NCBI RefSeq assembly: GCF_009914755.1
Contig: NC_060938.1
Origin: the human T2T-CHM13v2.0 reference genome, Homo sapiens
Reading direction: 5' to 3' (one strand)
Length of the DNA stretch: 64,000 nt
Numbering within the stretch: position 1 is the stretch's first letter; each line of letters starts with the position of its first letter. This document shows positions 1 through 18,541 of this stretch, one piece after another. Made by a program: the position numbers and the translations under genes. The notes beneath the pieces were generated by a model. That model had not been told where the DNA came from and ran no database searches. It was given only the letters and a program-made list of their open reading frames with translations.

Positions 1-169
1 ATAAAGGACATAATAATTTTTATCACCTTCATCTAATATAGGTTTGTCAACTCTATATTAGTTGTTTTCTTGAAGGCTGGTTTTCTTCCAAAATTCAGTC
101 TTATTTTCAGTCTACACTAGCTTTTAAATATACTGTCCTTTAGATGCTTTATCTAACCTCAAATTTCTA

Positions 170-670
<501 letters not shown>

Positions 671-727
671 TCAGTTGAGTGGTTCAGAAAAAATACAGTA
701 AGTTGCTTATAAAATTCTGAACACTTT

Positions 728-835
728 GGCCAGGCACAATGGCTCAAGCCTGTAATTTGAGCCCTTTGTGAGGCTGAGGCAGGAGAATTGCTTGAGCTTA
801 GGCGTTCAAGACCAGCCTAGGTAACAAAGAACGCC
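728..835 (+). mobile_element. Alu monomer fragment (FLAM-like)
   Basis: Degenerate ggccaggcac...ggctca...cctgtaat left-arm sequence. Confidence 0.75.
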
Positions 836-2891
836 TGGAATGATTGTGGCATTTGAACTAATATTCAGGTTTAACAAGAGATAATTGACCATCACTCTAT
901 TTTAGAGGCTTTATTTGAACCAGATAGAAATCTATTTCCCACAGCTATCACTGCCTGTCACCTACAACTTAAGGGGGTTGGGGAGGAAGTGAGAGATTTT
1001 CTGTTAGGGCCAATAGGGACCTGCTAGATACCCCCCCATCCTGGGAATGGTGTATGGAACTCCAGTGTATGCTGGAGTTATTATCATCATACTTGTTTTT
1101 TTATTTTACTCTTCTGCTTATACAGATCAAGTCATACGTTTTATTTTTAAGTTTAAATTGAAAACATTTACAGAGAACAATGCAGTGAAATGAAAAAATT
1201 ACAGACTGCTGGCATTTGCATTTTCATGTAGCCTCAGTGACTAATTTTTTTTTATTGTACAGCATTGAGAAAATCCTAGTTCATATAACTAGTTATAGTT
1301 CATATAGATTCATATAACTAGTTTTAAGTGATAATAGTTTCTTCCTTTTTTTCCTCCACCATCTAACCAGATGAAGATAATAGTTTTTAATAGCTCACCG
1401 TAAATTTCAAGGTACTCAAGTTAAATTGATCTAGATGCTTGAGTTGAAATTTTTCTATCAAAGTTCAATAACATGCTTACATTCCTTATTAAAGTATAAA
1501 AGTCCTATAAACACACAAACTTGAGTAAGTGCTAAAACTAGTATCAGTATTGTCACAATACAACATGTTATATTGTAACAAGAGCATTTGCTGAGAACTG
1601 TGCTTGTTACTCCAGAATGTTGCTTCTATGGTTGTACCTTTCAACTTTGCAGATCATTTGGAAGGAGGAGAGATTTGGGGTGGAGACAATTCGGTACTTC
1701 ATTCACAGGATGTAAGGAGGATTAAGTAAAATAATGCTGGCTAAAAGTCCTTATTTAGCATACTGCCCAATGCTCACTAAATCATAATAGCTGTTTTTAA
1801 CATTTGGTGAAGAATCTATTTAACAGGAGTGAGTTGAGGGGCATAGGAGATCATGTGAGTGTTTAAAGTAGAAGCAGCATTCCCCATTAAGAAGAGAAAT
1901 ACTGTGGAAGAGCAAAGACTTTAAAACACCTGGGTTCAAATCCTATTTGCTACATAATGGCTACTTTTAACCTATTGAACGCCAGTTCCCTCATTTGTAA
2001 AATAGGGACAATATTTAACCTATTTACAGGTTGTGAGAGAACTAGGCACCTAGTACAGGGTAATGTTGGCACATGGTAACCTTTAATAAACTGTTGCTAT
2101 TCAACAAGCTATTAGATGTCACTAGGCAGTTAAGCAAAGGAAGACAGCTTTTGCTTGGTGTGACAATGAAAATCTTTCTGATTTCCTTCTTGGAAGAGTT
2201 CCCTGAAGATATGTCATTGTATTGACACCTTTATTTTTGCTAACCTATCCCTCTAAATTCTGGATATTGTGTGTGCCACAGCTTTTTTTCTTCCATATTC
2301 CTGCATTTATTTGGCATCTGTTGTGCCAGTAATAGATAAGGGGCTGCTAAGGGAGGAGGCAACCTGCACTGGCTTATAGCTGCTAATGTCAGTTCCTATA
2401 GCTTATCGTCAGTGTTATTCATGTGGTAAAAGGGTGAGAAAGTACTGGAGTCTAAAGAAACAAGTAGAAATCAGTTTGTAGCTATTACCGTTCTACCTGC
2501 TAACAACTCCTGTTTTCAAGTTATTATGTACAACTTTAGGTAGTTTCTCTAGCCTTAATCGTGGTTTCTCTGTATTGAGACTACTTTTGAATTCTATGAA
2601 GTACAGCCTTAGATGTACAGGCTACTTTAAATTTTTGCCTAAAATAAAAACATTCTCTCCAATTACATATGCTGGGGAGGAAACACCTGCTTCCGACAGG
2701 TTTAAAGCTTGGTTTTGGACTTTTTGTGAGAGTTCCTTATGTGTGCAGTAATCCAAAATTTGTATAGTTGCCCTTTATAAAAGTACATTAATCTAGTAGA
2801 CAAATCTCCATGTAACTTAATTACATGGCATCTTCTAATCCTTCTGTGATAAGCAGAAATGTAAAGTTTTATTCAAGTTAAGGCAAACTAA

Positions 2892-3167
<276 letters not shown>

Positions 3168-3516
3168 TAGAAGTTAGAAGTAAATAGAAATTATTTTTAG
3201 AAGGTGGTCGCAATGTTTTGATTTTGTATACCTCTTTATATTGTGATATGTACACGTTTAAAAATTTTTCTGTAATTCTCACTATTTTTATCAAGCTTCA
3301 TTTTTTTCTCATCAGTTATTCTTTGAAATAATCATTCTTTATGCACATAATTTGTTTTGCTTTATTCTCTTAAACATACTCTCAATTCTTTTCTAATATA
3401 ACATCCTTTTTATTACCTGCTTTTAAAGCTTTAGTCAGGAATAAGATACTGGCTTTTCCCCTCCCCCCTTTTTCTCCTGTTCCATCTACCTTTCTTCCTT
3501 TAAAAAACATGACTCA

Positions 3517-3829
3517 GGCCGGGCGCGGTGGCTCACGCCTGTAATCCCAGAACTTTGGGAGGCTGAGGCGGGTGGATCATGAGGTCAGGAGTTCAAGACC
3601 AGCCTGGCCAAGATGGTGAAACCCCATATATACCAAAAATATAAAAAATTAGATGGGCATGCTGGTAGGTGCCTGTAATCTCAGCTACTAGGGAGGCTGA
3701 GGCAGGAGAATTGCTTAAACTCAGAGGGCGGAGCTTGCAGTAAGCCGAGATCAAGCCACTGCACTCCAGCCTGGGCGGCAGAGTGAGACTCCGTCTCAAA
3801 AATAATAAAATAAATAAATAAATAAAAAA
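3517..3829 (+). mobile_element. Alu
   Basis: Full dimer from ggccgggcgcggtggctcacgcc; (AAAT)n tail. Confidence 0.96.
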
Positions 3830-3992
3830 CATTACTCTTCTTTCTTCTTCTATGGTTTGCTTTGCTGCATTACTTTAATCATGAAAAGCAGCTGGCACAT
3901 CTAATTATAGTTTTTCTAGCTTCTGGCCTGCACTTTTCTGTGTTGAAATGGCTGTATATATTAAATAAAGTGTCTGCGAGAAAACTTTGTAA

Positions 3993-4265
<273 letters not shown>

Positions 4266-4274
4266 TAGCCCTAA

Positions 4275-4409
<135 letters not shown>

Positions 4410-4643
4410 TGACAGGTGGTTTTACATAATAAGATACTATTGCTAATTATTAAACTTTGCTATTGTACTTACCCAAGGCAAAATGTTATTTCATGTTTAA
4501 TAAAATGTCTATTCTTTGTTAAAACTATTATTTTAGTTTTTAGGAATTTCATTTTGAAAGCCCACCTAATTGCATAAATAATTGTGTGGGTGTGAGAAAT
4601 AAAATGGAAAAGTAAAATCATGACCAAGAGAGTTACAAATAAC

Positions 4644-5094
<451 letters not shown>

Positions 5095-5372
5095 TAAAAA
5101 TTAAAATACACCATTAAGGCAAGGAGAAATTATAATACAAATGGCAGATAATAGGACTTTAGACAGTCATTAAAGTTGAGGTGCCAGTTTGAGTCTAAGG
5201 CCCAATAAAAAAAGTTCACCAGAATTTTAAGACAAACAACTGCTTATTTGACTTCTTTGGATGTTCTCAATAATTCGAGACCGTGTAGTTAGATTATAAA
5301 GTATTACATTGTGGATGCCCACATATTAACAAAAATAGAGAGTAAGACCTCTAATTCTTAGGAATTAACTGT

Positions 5373-5591
5373 TAAAAATAATCAAGTGTTCCAAGATTTT
5401 TTGGAAACTACCTCTTGAATTAAAAAATTAAAGTCTTTCTACATTTTTATCTTGTTAAACAGTGTATACTGATCATAATTATTTAAAAAATCATGTGTTC
5501 TAAGATTTTTGGAAAGTACCTCTTGAATTACAAAAACAAGAAAGTCTTTCCACATTTGTGCCTTCTTAAGCAGTGTATACTGATCATAATT
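5373..5591. repeat. Diverged ~110-bp tandem duplication
   Basis: Both copies share gtgttcYaagatttttggaaa.tacctcttgaatta ... aaagtctttc.acattt ... cagtgtatactgatcataatt. Confidence 0.9.
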
Positions 5592-5759
5592 GAACTTTTC
5601 TTCATGATGGAAAGTTACCACAAGGAAAATTTCTTATGTTCTGCTGTTCTTTGTTGCTCTCCAATTTAAGTGCATACGTTTGTTTGCTTCTATATTATAA
5701 AACCTCAAATTTACTTTTTGTATAATTTTTGAGGTTTTCTTTTTCATCTCATTTATTAT

Positions 5760-5995
5760 AATAATAGCTAACCTCCATTGAGAGAATGCTGTGTGCCAGG
5801 ACACTGTTCTTCCTATTTTATATGCTTTTAACTCCTTTATTCCTCACAACCCTGTGAAGTTAACTGTTAGACAATTTCTATTTTACTAGGAAACTGAGGT
5901 ACAGAGTTACTAAGTAACTTTCCCAACATTATTTGGTTAGTAAATGGCAGAGCTTGGGCTGAACTTCAGTAGACTGGCTTCAGAGTCCACGCTCA
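5760..5995 (-). mobile_element. MIR
   Basis: Core cctcacaaccctgtgaag...ggaaactgaggtacagag...taagtaacttt. Confidence 0.75.
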
Positions 5996-6879
5996 TTAGT
6001 CCTTTGGAGCGCTTTTCATATTCTTGAATTCTCACATTCTGTCTTTTTTCACTCTGTCAGCAGGACCTGACTCCTGTTTTTAAATTTCATATTGTGTTTT
6101 TACTGTTAATTTGGAAAACAAATGCATACTTTTTAGAATTCTGTATAAAGGAGGAGTAAATATGCTGTGAGCAAGGACCTAAGTGGGTTGTCAATGAGTT
6201 TAATATATGAGTTCTAATGTGCAGAGTTGAGGTTTATATTGACTGCTCAGTGCTTCCCTGGGGCTAGACTATAAATGGATGGATATTAGGAAGTCTTGTT
6301 CTGATTTGGTAATGATGTTAATGCATTATTCTAAATCAGATAGTCTTAATATAGTTTAAATGTATGTTTCGAACCAAATGTTCTTTTTTAAAGCACACAA
6401 ACATTTTGAAATCATTACTAATGTGGTTAATGAATTATTGATGTTCCATTGGGAAACTAAAATGCAGATTTTTCTCTTTTAGAAATCAGGGACTATTGCA
6501 AAGCATCACATTTTAGTGATACACTGAGAGCCAGTGGTGTGTTTATACAAATAGTCCTATTTTCCATATAAATTCTAGAAAAATGCTTTAGAATTTATAA
6601 ATTATACAAAATATGACTTATTTTTAGAGAGTTTAAAATTTAGGTTTTTTTAATGGTTTGTTTTTGTTTGTTTGTTTTTTGTTTTTTTTTTCCTCATTAG
6701 GAAAACACTAGTACTTTTCAGTTACCTTGATTTTTAAATTAATCTGCAGGTCCCCATTCAAAGGCCTTGGGTTCCTTTCAAAGGTCAGTATAATTCAAGC
6801 TTAGTTTATGAAGGACTGAACATACCCAAAGGATTTTGCATGTGGATCTTTACTGCCACTACCACAACCATCAACACCT

Positions 6880-6899
6880 ACACACACACGACACACACA

Positions 6900-6942
<43 letters not shown>

Positions 6943-6980
6943 CCTCCCTCCCGCACTCCTTCCCTTCCCCCTCCTTTGCT
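6880..6980. repeat. Compound (CA)n/(TC)19 microsatellite plus pyrimidine tract
   Basis: Interrupted CA run 6880-6901; TC run 6903-6940. Confidence 0.95.
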
Positions 6981-7934
6981 CTCATGGCATCTTTTAAAAA
7001 TATACTCTTAAATCCTTCCAGGGAGGGCAAATTCACTTCTTAATCTAAGTAAACCCAAATGGCATGCATCAGCACCAGGACTGCCCATCTTTCCTAGTTC
7101 CATTATTCATAGAGTATAGGCTGGAATTCATCTTGTTCCTCAAGAGTCCAGCATTTCTAGTTAACCATGCCTACATTTAAACTTACTCTCATTTCTTTTC
7201 TACTTTACAGTGTTTTTTCAATATACTAGCATTACAGTTTCCAGATTTGATTTCTCTCCTGTCTTATTTCCATCAGTTTTCAAGTCTATTAAGATTCTAC
7301 CTCTTCATTTGTCTTTTGCCACCATTCTTTTCCCTCATACTCTACTGGCTCAGCCCTCTCATTACAGTCACCTAATTCTAACATATATATTGCTGCTAAG
7401 TTAATTTTCCTTAAGTTACTGATTGTGCTTTTTTAAAGCCCCTTGTTGAATATTTAGGCAGGACTCCATGTGGACATCCACAGCCCTCCGTGGTACAGCC
7501 CTAACCTTCCCTTCTAGCTTTGCCTTACTACTCTTCTACGTGTACTCTACATTGTGGACAAACTACTATATGCTGTTTTTCAAACATGTCCTATTTTTCC
7601 TACCTCTGTGCTTTTCATTCTCTTACTTCTCCTTGGAATACCCTTCTAACCCATCTCTACTTACTGACATTCTAATGTCTCTTTTTCTAAGCAAGACTTC
7701 TTGATTTCCCTTGACTAGAAATTATCTTCTAAGCTCTCCCTATCCTTCTTTAAAGCATTTTTATAAGTCTCAAGTACCAACTCTACATTGTGTTTTTGTT
7801 GACCTTACTATATCTACTACATTTTTAACTTCTTCAGGAAAGGTGGCGTATCTTACTCATCTTTGTATTGCCTACAATATCTAGTCCAGGTTCTGAATAA
7901 TAAATATTTTTATATGTGTTCTGAAGCACACTGA

Positions 7935-8277
<343 letters not shown>

Positions 8278-8369
8278 CAAGATGCTCTTTTCTCAGTCAC
8301 CTAAATATAATCTCATTTTTAGTTATAGAAGGTTTGAAATTGGAGTGAATAGACTTTACTTAATTCTGA

Positions 8370-8765
<396 letters not shown>

Positions 8766-9187
8766 TAGATAAATTAAGGGGAAAAAAATAAGATACGTAA
8801 AAATGTTATTTGTTATTAAAAAGAAAGTTGTTATTTTAAAGGTTCTATAAAGACATAGAGTGCTTATTAGAAATTGAGCTAACACATTCAGGAAAGGATA
8901 GGAAGAGTTTGCTGAAGTTCTTTCTTTAGGGATTCTTGTGTACCGATAGCACAGTTAAAGAGCAAACTCATACCATTTTTATATTTCTGTGTATTTGACT
9001 AAGCTTACTGGCTTCAATGATTAACTGTTATCCCAAATATGGATTATCTTTCAGCCAACTCAGGGAATCACAGCTACTGAGTAGTGTGTGTCAGATCTCT
9101 TGGGTGTGCTGGAGTGAGTAAAAGGGGAATGAATTACTGTGTTCATGCTGAGACTTAATTGAACGGGTATTCAGTTGATCTAGGTGA

Positions 9188-9394
<207 letters not shown>

Positions 9395-9851
9395 TGATTG
9401 ATTATACACTTTATTTATACATAGACATTGTAGTATTAAGATAACTTTAGAATTGTGAGGGAAGGTTTACAGTTCCATGGTGTTTGGTTATGTAACATTT
9501 ATATCTTCAACTCATTTGCATGTGATCTCCAAAATGCAGAACCGTGTAGTAATTTGCCAATTTGAGGCACAAACTTAAATTACGTGAATTGTGGCACTGG
9601 TGTTCCAGGCTTAATCAGTTGGCTTTGCCAGCCACACAATATTTGAATCCTGATAGGGCTTAATTTTCTATTAATCATGGTTTTATATCTTTGTTCAATG
9701 TTGAAACATAGTCATCAGTGCAAGAAATAACTATCAAACAGCCATGATGATGAGATGAATGAAAAAGCAGCCTAGACTTTATACGAGGGGAATTTTTTAA
9801 AGAGTAATGTATAGGCCCTGGGCAGGAAGTAGGTCATAGGTGGTATCATAG

Positions 9852-10214
<363 letters not shown>

Positions 10215-10298
10215 TAAATTAGATCTAAAATGTGAATTTGAAATTTTTAATTAGTCTACAGCATTACTGAATATTCACCATAGCAAAGATTCAGCGCT

Positions 10299-10592
10299 GG
10301 CCATGCATGGTGGCTCACACCTGTAATCCCAGCACTTTGGAAGGCTGAGGCAAGCGGGGGGTGGATCATCTGAGGTCAGGAGATTGAGACCAGCCTGGCC
10401 AATGTGGTGAAACCCCATCTCTACTAAAAAATACAAAAATTAGTGGGACGTGGTGGCAGGCACTACTCAGGAGGCTGAGGCAGGAGAATCGCTTGAACCT
10501 GGGAGGTGGATGTTGTGGTGAGCTGAGCTCACACCACCACACTGCAAGCCTGGATGACAGAGCAAGACTCCCATTTCAAAAAAAAAAAAAAA
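10299..10592 (+). mobile_element. Alu
   Basis: Alu consensus, A tail. Confidence 0.95.
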
Positions 10593-11735
10593 TTACTCAA
10601 TGTTAAACTATACTTTCCACTAAATTGAACAGAATGATACATCCTATAATATTAGATTAACTTTGTAAATTAATTCAGCCACATTTATTGAACATTTACT
10701 CTGTACTATGAACACTTACTTTACTAGGTGCTATCCAGAAGTTAAGATGAGTCTTTTTTTCCCCAATAGGGGCTCTACTTACTTAGAGAATTTCAAAGAT
10801 ATGCAGTGTGTATTTTGAGCAAAGATAGATTACCTTAGGTTGGGGACTAGAAAGCCAAGTGTTTGTACATCTCTTCATCCTACATATTTTCCCTGAGAAG
10901 CTTCAACCTTGCCCATGGTTTCTATTACTATTTCCCACATTTCTTCCTGTAACTAATTCTATTTAATTGCCAACTTAATATTTCTATCTGGATATTCTTC
11001 TGTATTGTAAACTAAGTATTACTGTAACAACTGTACTACTACTGCCCCCAAACAACATCATCATCAAAAACTGCCTTTCTTCCTATAATGCTTATTGTGG
11101 TTTAATACACCACCATACACACATGACTCCAGCAAAACTTTGGAAGTCATCTGTAACTTTTCTTTTACATTCATTGGCTACATACAGTTGGTGTCTAAAT
11201 CTTACAGATTTACTATCTACATATATCTCTTGATCCATTTCCTCCTTTCCATCCTTGCACTCCTGCCATTGAATTCATTAGCTCATTATTACTCTTGACT
11301 TGAGTTGTTGGCATAGCTGCCTTTTTGCCAACAGATTTGTACCCTTATAATCTTTCATCTAAGTTGCCAGAAAGTGGGTGTCCTAATGTGAAAATCAGAT
11401 CATGTCATTCTGTTGTTGAAAATGCCTCAAATGCTTCCCTCCATCTTTGCACACAAAAATATTTTGTTTATAAAAATACTAGATGAGGGAAGTAAATTTT
11501 TCATTTATCAAAAGAAGATGTGTATTTTAGAAGACTGAAAAAAAATAGACCTACACAATACAATCTAAACTTAGCATGGCAAACAAAGATATTTATGCTC
11601 TGGCCCTAACTCTGTCTTTGGAATCAGATGTTAGATTCACTCATGGCTTGCAGCTCTGATACTTACAATGTGGCCTTGGCCTTGGTACTTAACTGTTGTA
11701 AAATTCACATTCCTTATCTATAAAATAAGAATCAT

Positions 11736-12047
<312 letters not shown>

Positions 12048-14410
12048 TCAGAAGGATGTTGTCAGGATTAAAGGAGTCCATTGAGTGCCTAGTACAGATA
12101 GTGAATGCTTCACTACTGGTGTCAACTTTAAGAAAATGAATATAGAAAAGCTAAGAATTATTTTAAGGTGTTTACTACTAGCATGTAAATGTATGATGGG
12201 ACAGAGATTTCCATCCTATTTTGAGGAATTATTTTTTATTTTTTTGAAAACTTAAGGTAACAAAGTAGAGAGGAGGCCAGGGAGAAAGGAAGGTAGTGGA
12301 GCAAAAATGAGAAAGGGAGTGACATTCCCCTCTAGTTATAGCAGAAAATTAGCAAAATGATCATGACAGGAGGTAACAGTAAAGACAGCCAGCTCATATA
12401 TCAACCAAGACAGTTTTGAGTTTGACCAGCAGACTGTTATTTTCTGGTTTAGAGCTCTTTCCAGGAACTTCTTGCATCTATAACCCCTGAGAACCAAGCT
12501 ATGGAAAAAATTTTGCTCAATTTTAAGAAAATCTAACATATCAAGCTCCTCAACTCCAAAATATTCCACAAATAGCTGCTATTTACTATACTGAGTAATA
12601 ATCATTTAAAATTATTCAACACTTTATTTGAGCATCTACTATGTTCATGGCACTAAAGTAGAAATGAAGATGAACAGTTCCTGCCTCAAAATAAATGAGT
12701 AGTATACTGCTTTAGATCATGGGTTTCCTAGTCCATTAAAAACACTTTTTGGTCATATTTTCTGGACACCCCGACCCTTTTGGTACAGAATATAACCTAT
12801 GTAATTCTCTAAAGTTAAATTAACCTCACTTTTCTTGCTCTAATATGTGTAAAACTGACCTTCTAGGAAAGCATATACAGTTTATATTTTTGACTTCTTG
12901 GTATCTTTTAGTGATAGACATACCTCAGATTGAGAAGCACTGATTGACATTAGATTAAATCAGAGCTTCCTATGACAATATAAACAATACCTTCATTAAT
13001 CTGATCCCCCTACCTACTTCTTCAGCATCATCTCATATCTGTCTCCACTAATCATATTATAGAATCTTTGTTACCTGCACCATGTTAAGCATTTTTAAAA
13101 ATCTTTTGTTTATACCATACCTTTTTCCTGAAAGCAGTTTTGCCTTTCCTTTGTCTCTAGTCATAAGTCTCCTATAAGAGGCTGTTCCTCATTCTACCAT
13201 TCCTTTGCATGGATAGGATTCCATGGAATAGATTCTCATCACTGCATTTATCACATTATTTCCTAAGTAGTACAGTACATCTACTGGAAGATTAGCCACG
13301 TGTTGAGTTTTGTCTTTGCATTTTCATGCCTAGAATAATGCCGGGCACACATAGGCATATTAAGATTTGAATAGTGAAAAAGTTTTTAATTCCATGGGGA
13401 TTTTATTTAAACAGAAAAATATAAGACCAATTAAAATTATTTTTAAAGCATAATTTCAAGAAATATGACTGATTTTGTTTAAAAACATGTTTTCCTTTAT
13501 AATGCTGCCACCTGGTGTTGCTGTGTTTAGAGATGTCCCTTTGTAAAGAATTGAGGGTTTGAGTTGAGTTTGGTTTGGTTTTTGGCAAATCAGCTTTTCC
13601 TTTGTATATTTATTTTGTAATAAACTATGGAAGATCTTGCCTTTAAGTGTGAGAACACAAGCAATGTTACTTTTATACCTTTATAGAATATCTTGCCTAT
13701 GTCCTTCCTGTAGTTAGGTAGGGTTTTTTTTTTGACACACAGCATGTTATATAAGGTTTGCTTGCACCTCGGTAGGAAAGTCCTCTGAAATCTAAAGGCT
13801 GAGAATCTAAAAGCTTAACTCATGTTTTGCTCCTAGAAAGACTTGAGAAGAGAGTATTTCTGTTCAGCATGGTACTAAGAAGACAGCTTTCTCTTCCTCA
13901 TGTCATGGTTGCCATTTCATACTGCTTACAGAGAATAAGATCTAGTCTCTGTCTTAAATAAAGGTCTACTCTCTGCCAGCGAGCTAGATAGGGTAATTGG
14001 ATTGTTTTCCAATCTATTTTCATTTGAAATATTGTTTTATCTGAAATTACTCCCATAATTTCATGTAATGCCAAAAACTAAACTAAGTACAAGAGCATCT
14101 TCAAAAACCAACATAATTCCTTTAGTTCCCATTTAGTGTAGATGCTCTTTGGTTGATGATATTAGAATTGTGTAATGGCTATTGATCTCTCAAAGTGAGG
14201 TGTTGCCTAGGGGCTTAAAAGTTACTACATAAAGAATTTGGCTTTATGAAGAAATGTTACAGATTTTATCTATATTTTAAAATAAGTGTAAGTGACTACC
14301 TTTATAACTTTTACCATGTAGTTTAGTAGTATTTCTTATCTGTTTATTAATACCCTGCCTTGTTACCAAAAGTATGTATAATGAGATGTAATAAGAATAG
14401 GTAACAAGTA

Positions 14411-14706
14411 GGCTGGGCACGTTGGCTCATGCCTGTAATCCCAGTACTTTGGGAGGCCAAGGCGGGTGAATTACCTGAGGTCAGGAGTTCAAGACGAGCC
14501 TGACCAACATGGAGAAACCCCATCCCTACTAAAAATACAAAATTAGCTGGGCATGGTGGCACATGCCTGTAATCCCAGCTACTTGGGAGGCTGAGGCAGG
14601 GGAATCGCTTGAACCTAGGAGGTGGAGGTTGCGGTGAGCCAAGATCACACCTCATTGTGCTCTCCAGCCTGAGCAACACGAGGGAAACTCTTGTCTCAAA
14701 AAAAAA
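14411..14706 (+). mobile_element. Alu (Sp/Sq-like)
   Basis: Alu consensus; TSD-like aggtaacaagt. Confidence 0.95.
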
Positions 14707-14827
14707 GACCAGGTAACAAGTTTGGGTGAACAGGATTAAAGAGTTAAATAACAGGAGGAACCTAGAGGACTTAAAGAAATGTGTGGTGTTGCATTTAATA
14801 ACTGTAGTTGCCAAAGGTGAGGTGTAA

Positions 14828-15256
<429 letters not shown>

Positions 15257-15627
15257 TAAAAATAGAATCATTTAATCATAGAAAAAACTTCCTGGCATTT
15301 TAAATACAAAGACTTTTGAAAATCCAAATATTATAGAGTATTGAATAGCATAATTTTCAGAATTCACATAAATACTCAGAACAGTGGTTGGTATGTAAAA
15401 GGCACTCAGAAAGTATTTGTACAATCAATGAATGTGAAGGTGGTGAACATCACCTTTGGTAATAAGTACCATTTTAAAAAATGCTTATAAGTGCATAGTT
15501 AGGTATTTATATTTATGGGTTCATGAAATATTTTGATATAGGCATGCAGTGCATAAGGATAAATGGAGTACCTATCACCTCAAGCATTATCTTGTGTGAC
15601 AAACAATCCAGTTATACTCTTTTGGTT

Positions 15628-15904
<277 letters not shown>

Positions 15905-16671
15905 TCTTTTAGTTTCTTTAAAATGTACAATTAAATTATTTTTTACTATAGTCACCCAAAACAAGTACCTTTGACATAAGATTTGATTCTGAATTTTACT
16001 CAAATGAATGTTAAGATCCCCAAGATAAGTTAAACTTTCGACTATCTCACCTGTTTAATCTGTACCTATGCATGACTTCCCACTGTGCTTGAGGATACCT
16101 GAATATCACTGAGTTTGTGTGACTGATCAGCCTTGAACTCAAGAGTAAATCCAAGTCTGCAGTCAGGACACCCCAATCCTCAAAATAATACCATCATTAG
16201 CATTTATTTAGTACTTTCTCCCAAATCAGTATTTAATTTAAATTGCCAAAAGACTTACAATGTGGTATCAATTTATATTTAAATATGCTACATATAGCTT
16301 TTTAAAGCATCTTTGGTTCTCTGGAAACCATAGTCAGAATTTAAGGAAGTTATTGCGGCACCATTTTCTTGAAAAAGGCTATTGATTATTCTCTAATCTG
16401 ACACCAACCTAAGTCATTAAAGGAATTTTAGTTACTGAAGATTGTATATTCATGAACTCTTCACTTAGCTCACTGGCAGCAAAGGAGTTTTATTTAGGGG
16501 GTTTGAAAAAGGAAATGGGTACATTTTCAGCTATTCTGGGACGCACTGTCAGAATGTAAGCAGTTACAACTGATTCCACTAAATAAACATTTGTTTTCCA
16601 AAACAATGATGAACATTCAGCATCTGTTCATTTAATTGAAAATTCAAAGTTAAAATATTTTCTCTGCATGA

Positions 16672-16842
<171 letters not shown>

Positions 16843-17325
16843 TAAGTAAGTTTGAGAAATAAACATTTTTGGGGAACAAATAGTAATTCTTTTTGGATAC
16901 TCTGTTCATTTATAGGAAGATAAGATAATAAATATTAACTAAATTTTAATTCTTTTACATCGCTACCAAATTATTATTTTCTATACTCTGACCTAGGTTT
17001 CCAGTCCAGCTATTCCACAGTGATGCTGCTAAACACTGTCAGTAGTTGTCTATCCCCATACCTTCACTCCTATTTTTAAAAAGACCATGAAAAAAATACC
17101 AGATCCATTGATTGGTTTGGTCTAATTATACAGATATCGGCATATACTATCTCAAGACAGCTGTGTTCTTTTTGTAGGAAGAATCCTGGCCTAGATTTGT
17201 ATCATAGCTCTACCACTCATTAGCTCCCTGACCTTGGGGAAGTCTCTTCATTTTTCTGAATTTCATCTATGTAGATAATCCTTCAGAAGGTTATAATGAA
17301 AATTAAATGAAATTCTATGAGATTA

Positions 17326-17479
17326 GGGAGGGGGGAGAGATAGCATTAGGAGATATACTTAATGTGAATGATGAGTTAATGGATGTAGCACACCAACATG
17401 GCACATGTATACATATGTAACAAACCTGCACGTTGTGCACATGCACCCTAGAACTTAAAGTATAATTTAAAAAAGAAAA
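17326..17479 (+). mobile_element. 5'-truncated L1PA 3' end
   Basis: gatagcattaggagatatac...aacctgcacgttgtgcacatg...agaacttaaagtataat; exact 17-bp TSD GAAATTCTATGAGATTA at 17309-17325 and 17480-17496. Confidence 0.95.
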
Positions 17480-18541
17480 GAAATTCTATGAGATTAATAA
17501 GCTATATGATGTAATACATGGCTCTTGTATATTCATGAACTCTTCACTTAGCTCTTTGGCTTGTGAATATTATGTACATCAAAATTTAATTTTTCATTTG
17601 ATCTATTTTACTAGACTCCTGCCCCATCTAGTCTACCTGTCCACATTATTACCACATTCTAGTCCATCTTGCCCATTACTACCAGGCTAAGCTTTCTAGT
17701 GTGGATATGTCATCATCTTATTTTCCTTAGAATTTTAGCGATCTTTTTATCATTTCCAAGATAAACACTTGCCTAGGTGTACAGCATCCTTGTTTACCAT
17801 CATACTCACGCATTAGAGATTTAGCCTTCCCTTTAAAATCTAGGGTCACTCCTCTTAGGAAGACTTTGGGCAGTTTTTATTTTTGCTACTTCTGACACCA
17901 TCCTTTAATGTTTTAATATTAGTGCCACAGAGTTCTTTTGTGACTTTACCATTATGTAAGAATCTTCCACTTGGAATGTCTTTCTCTTCCTCACACCCCA
18001 GTCTGCCTAGCAAATGCCACTTGATCCCAAGTATCAGCTTGTTAGCTTCTCAGTGAAGCAAGCCTTCTCTATTTTAGCAGTTATCACAGTGTATTTTAAT
18101 TGTTTACATATCTACTTTCACAATGGGTTATAAATTTCTTAAGGTCAAGGGTTGGCTATTTTAATCTTTGCATTATCAGTTCATTTCAGATAGTGAACAT
18201 TTAATACGTTAATTAAAGGAATAATTTACATTTAAGCCAAACGTGAAGATAAACTATTGCTCATCATCCCTCTTCAGCCGTATCCTGTAGGTGGTATCAC
18301 CTTATATTCTTACCACCAAAGAAAATATGGCCCCTCTCTTAGAAAGATCTTAATCATTTATCTGTGTATCTTTAGGACTATCCTTAGATCATGCCTCACA
18401 TATTGATGCCAAAGAGTTCTTTTGTGCCAATTTCATAATGTGTGTCAGCACAACAATTCTGAAGATTTGTTGGTGTCTTTCATGTACTTGACTACAAATT
18501 GCCTTGCCATTACTACTCTTCTCAAAGGATATCTGAAATTC

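Noticed and set aside
960-2720. Possible alternative first exon or enhancer in the 3' part of HIF1A intron 1 (G-rich patches, GGAAGT)
   Set aside because: No CpG island, TATA or convincing exon boundaries; not supportable from sequence alone.
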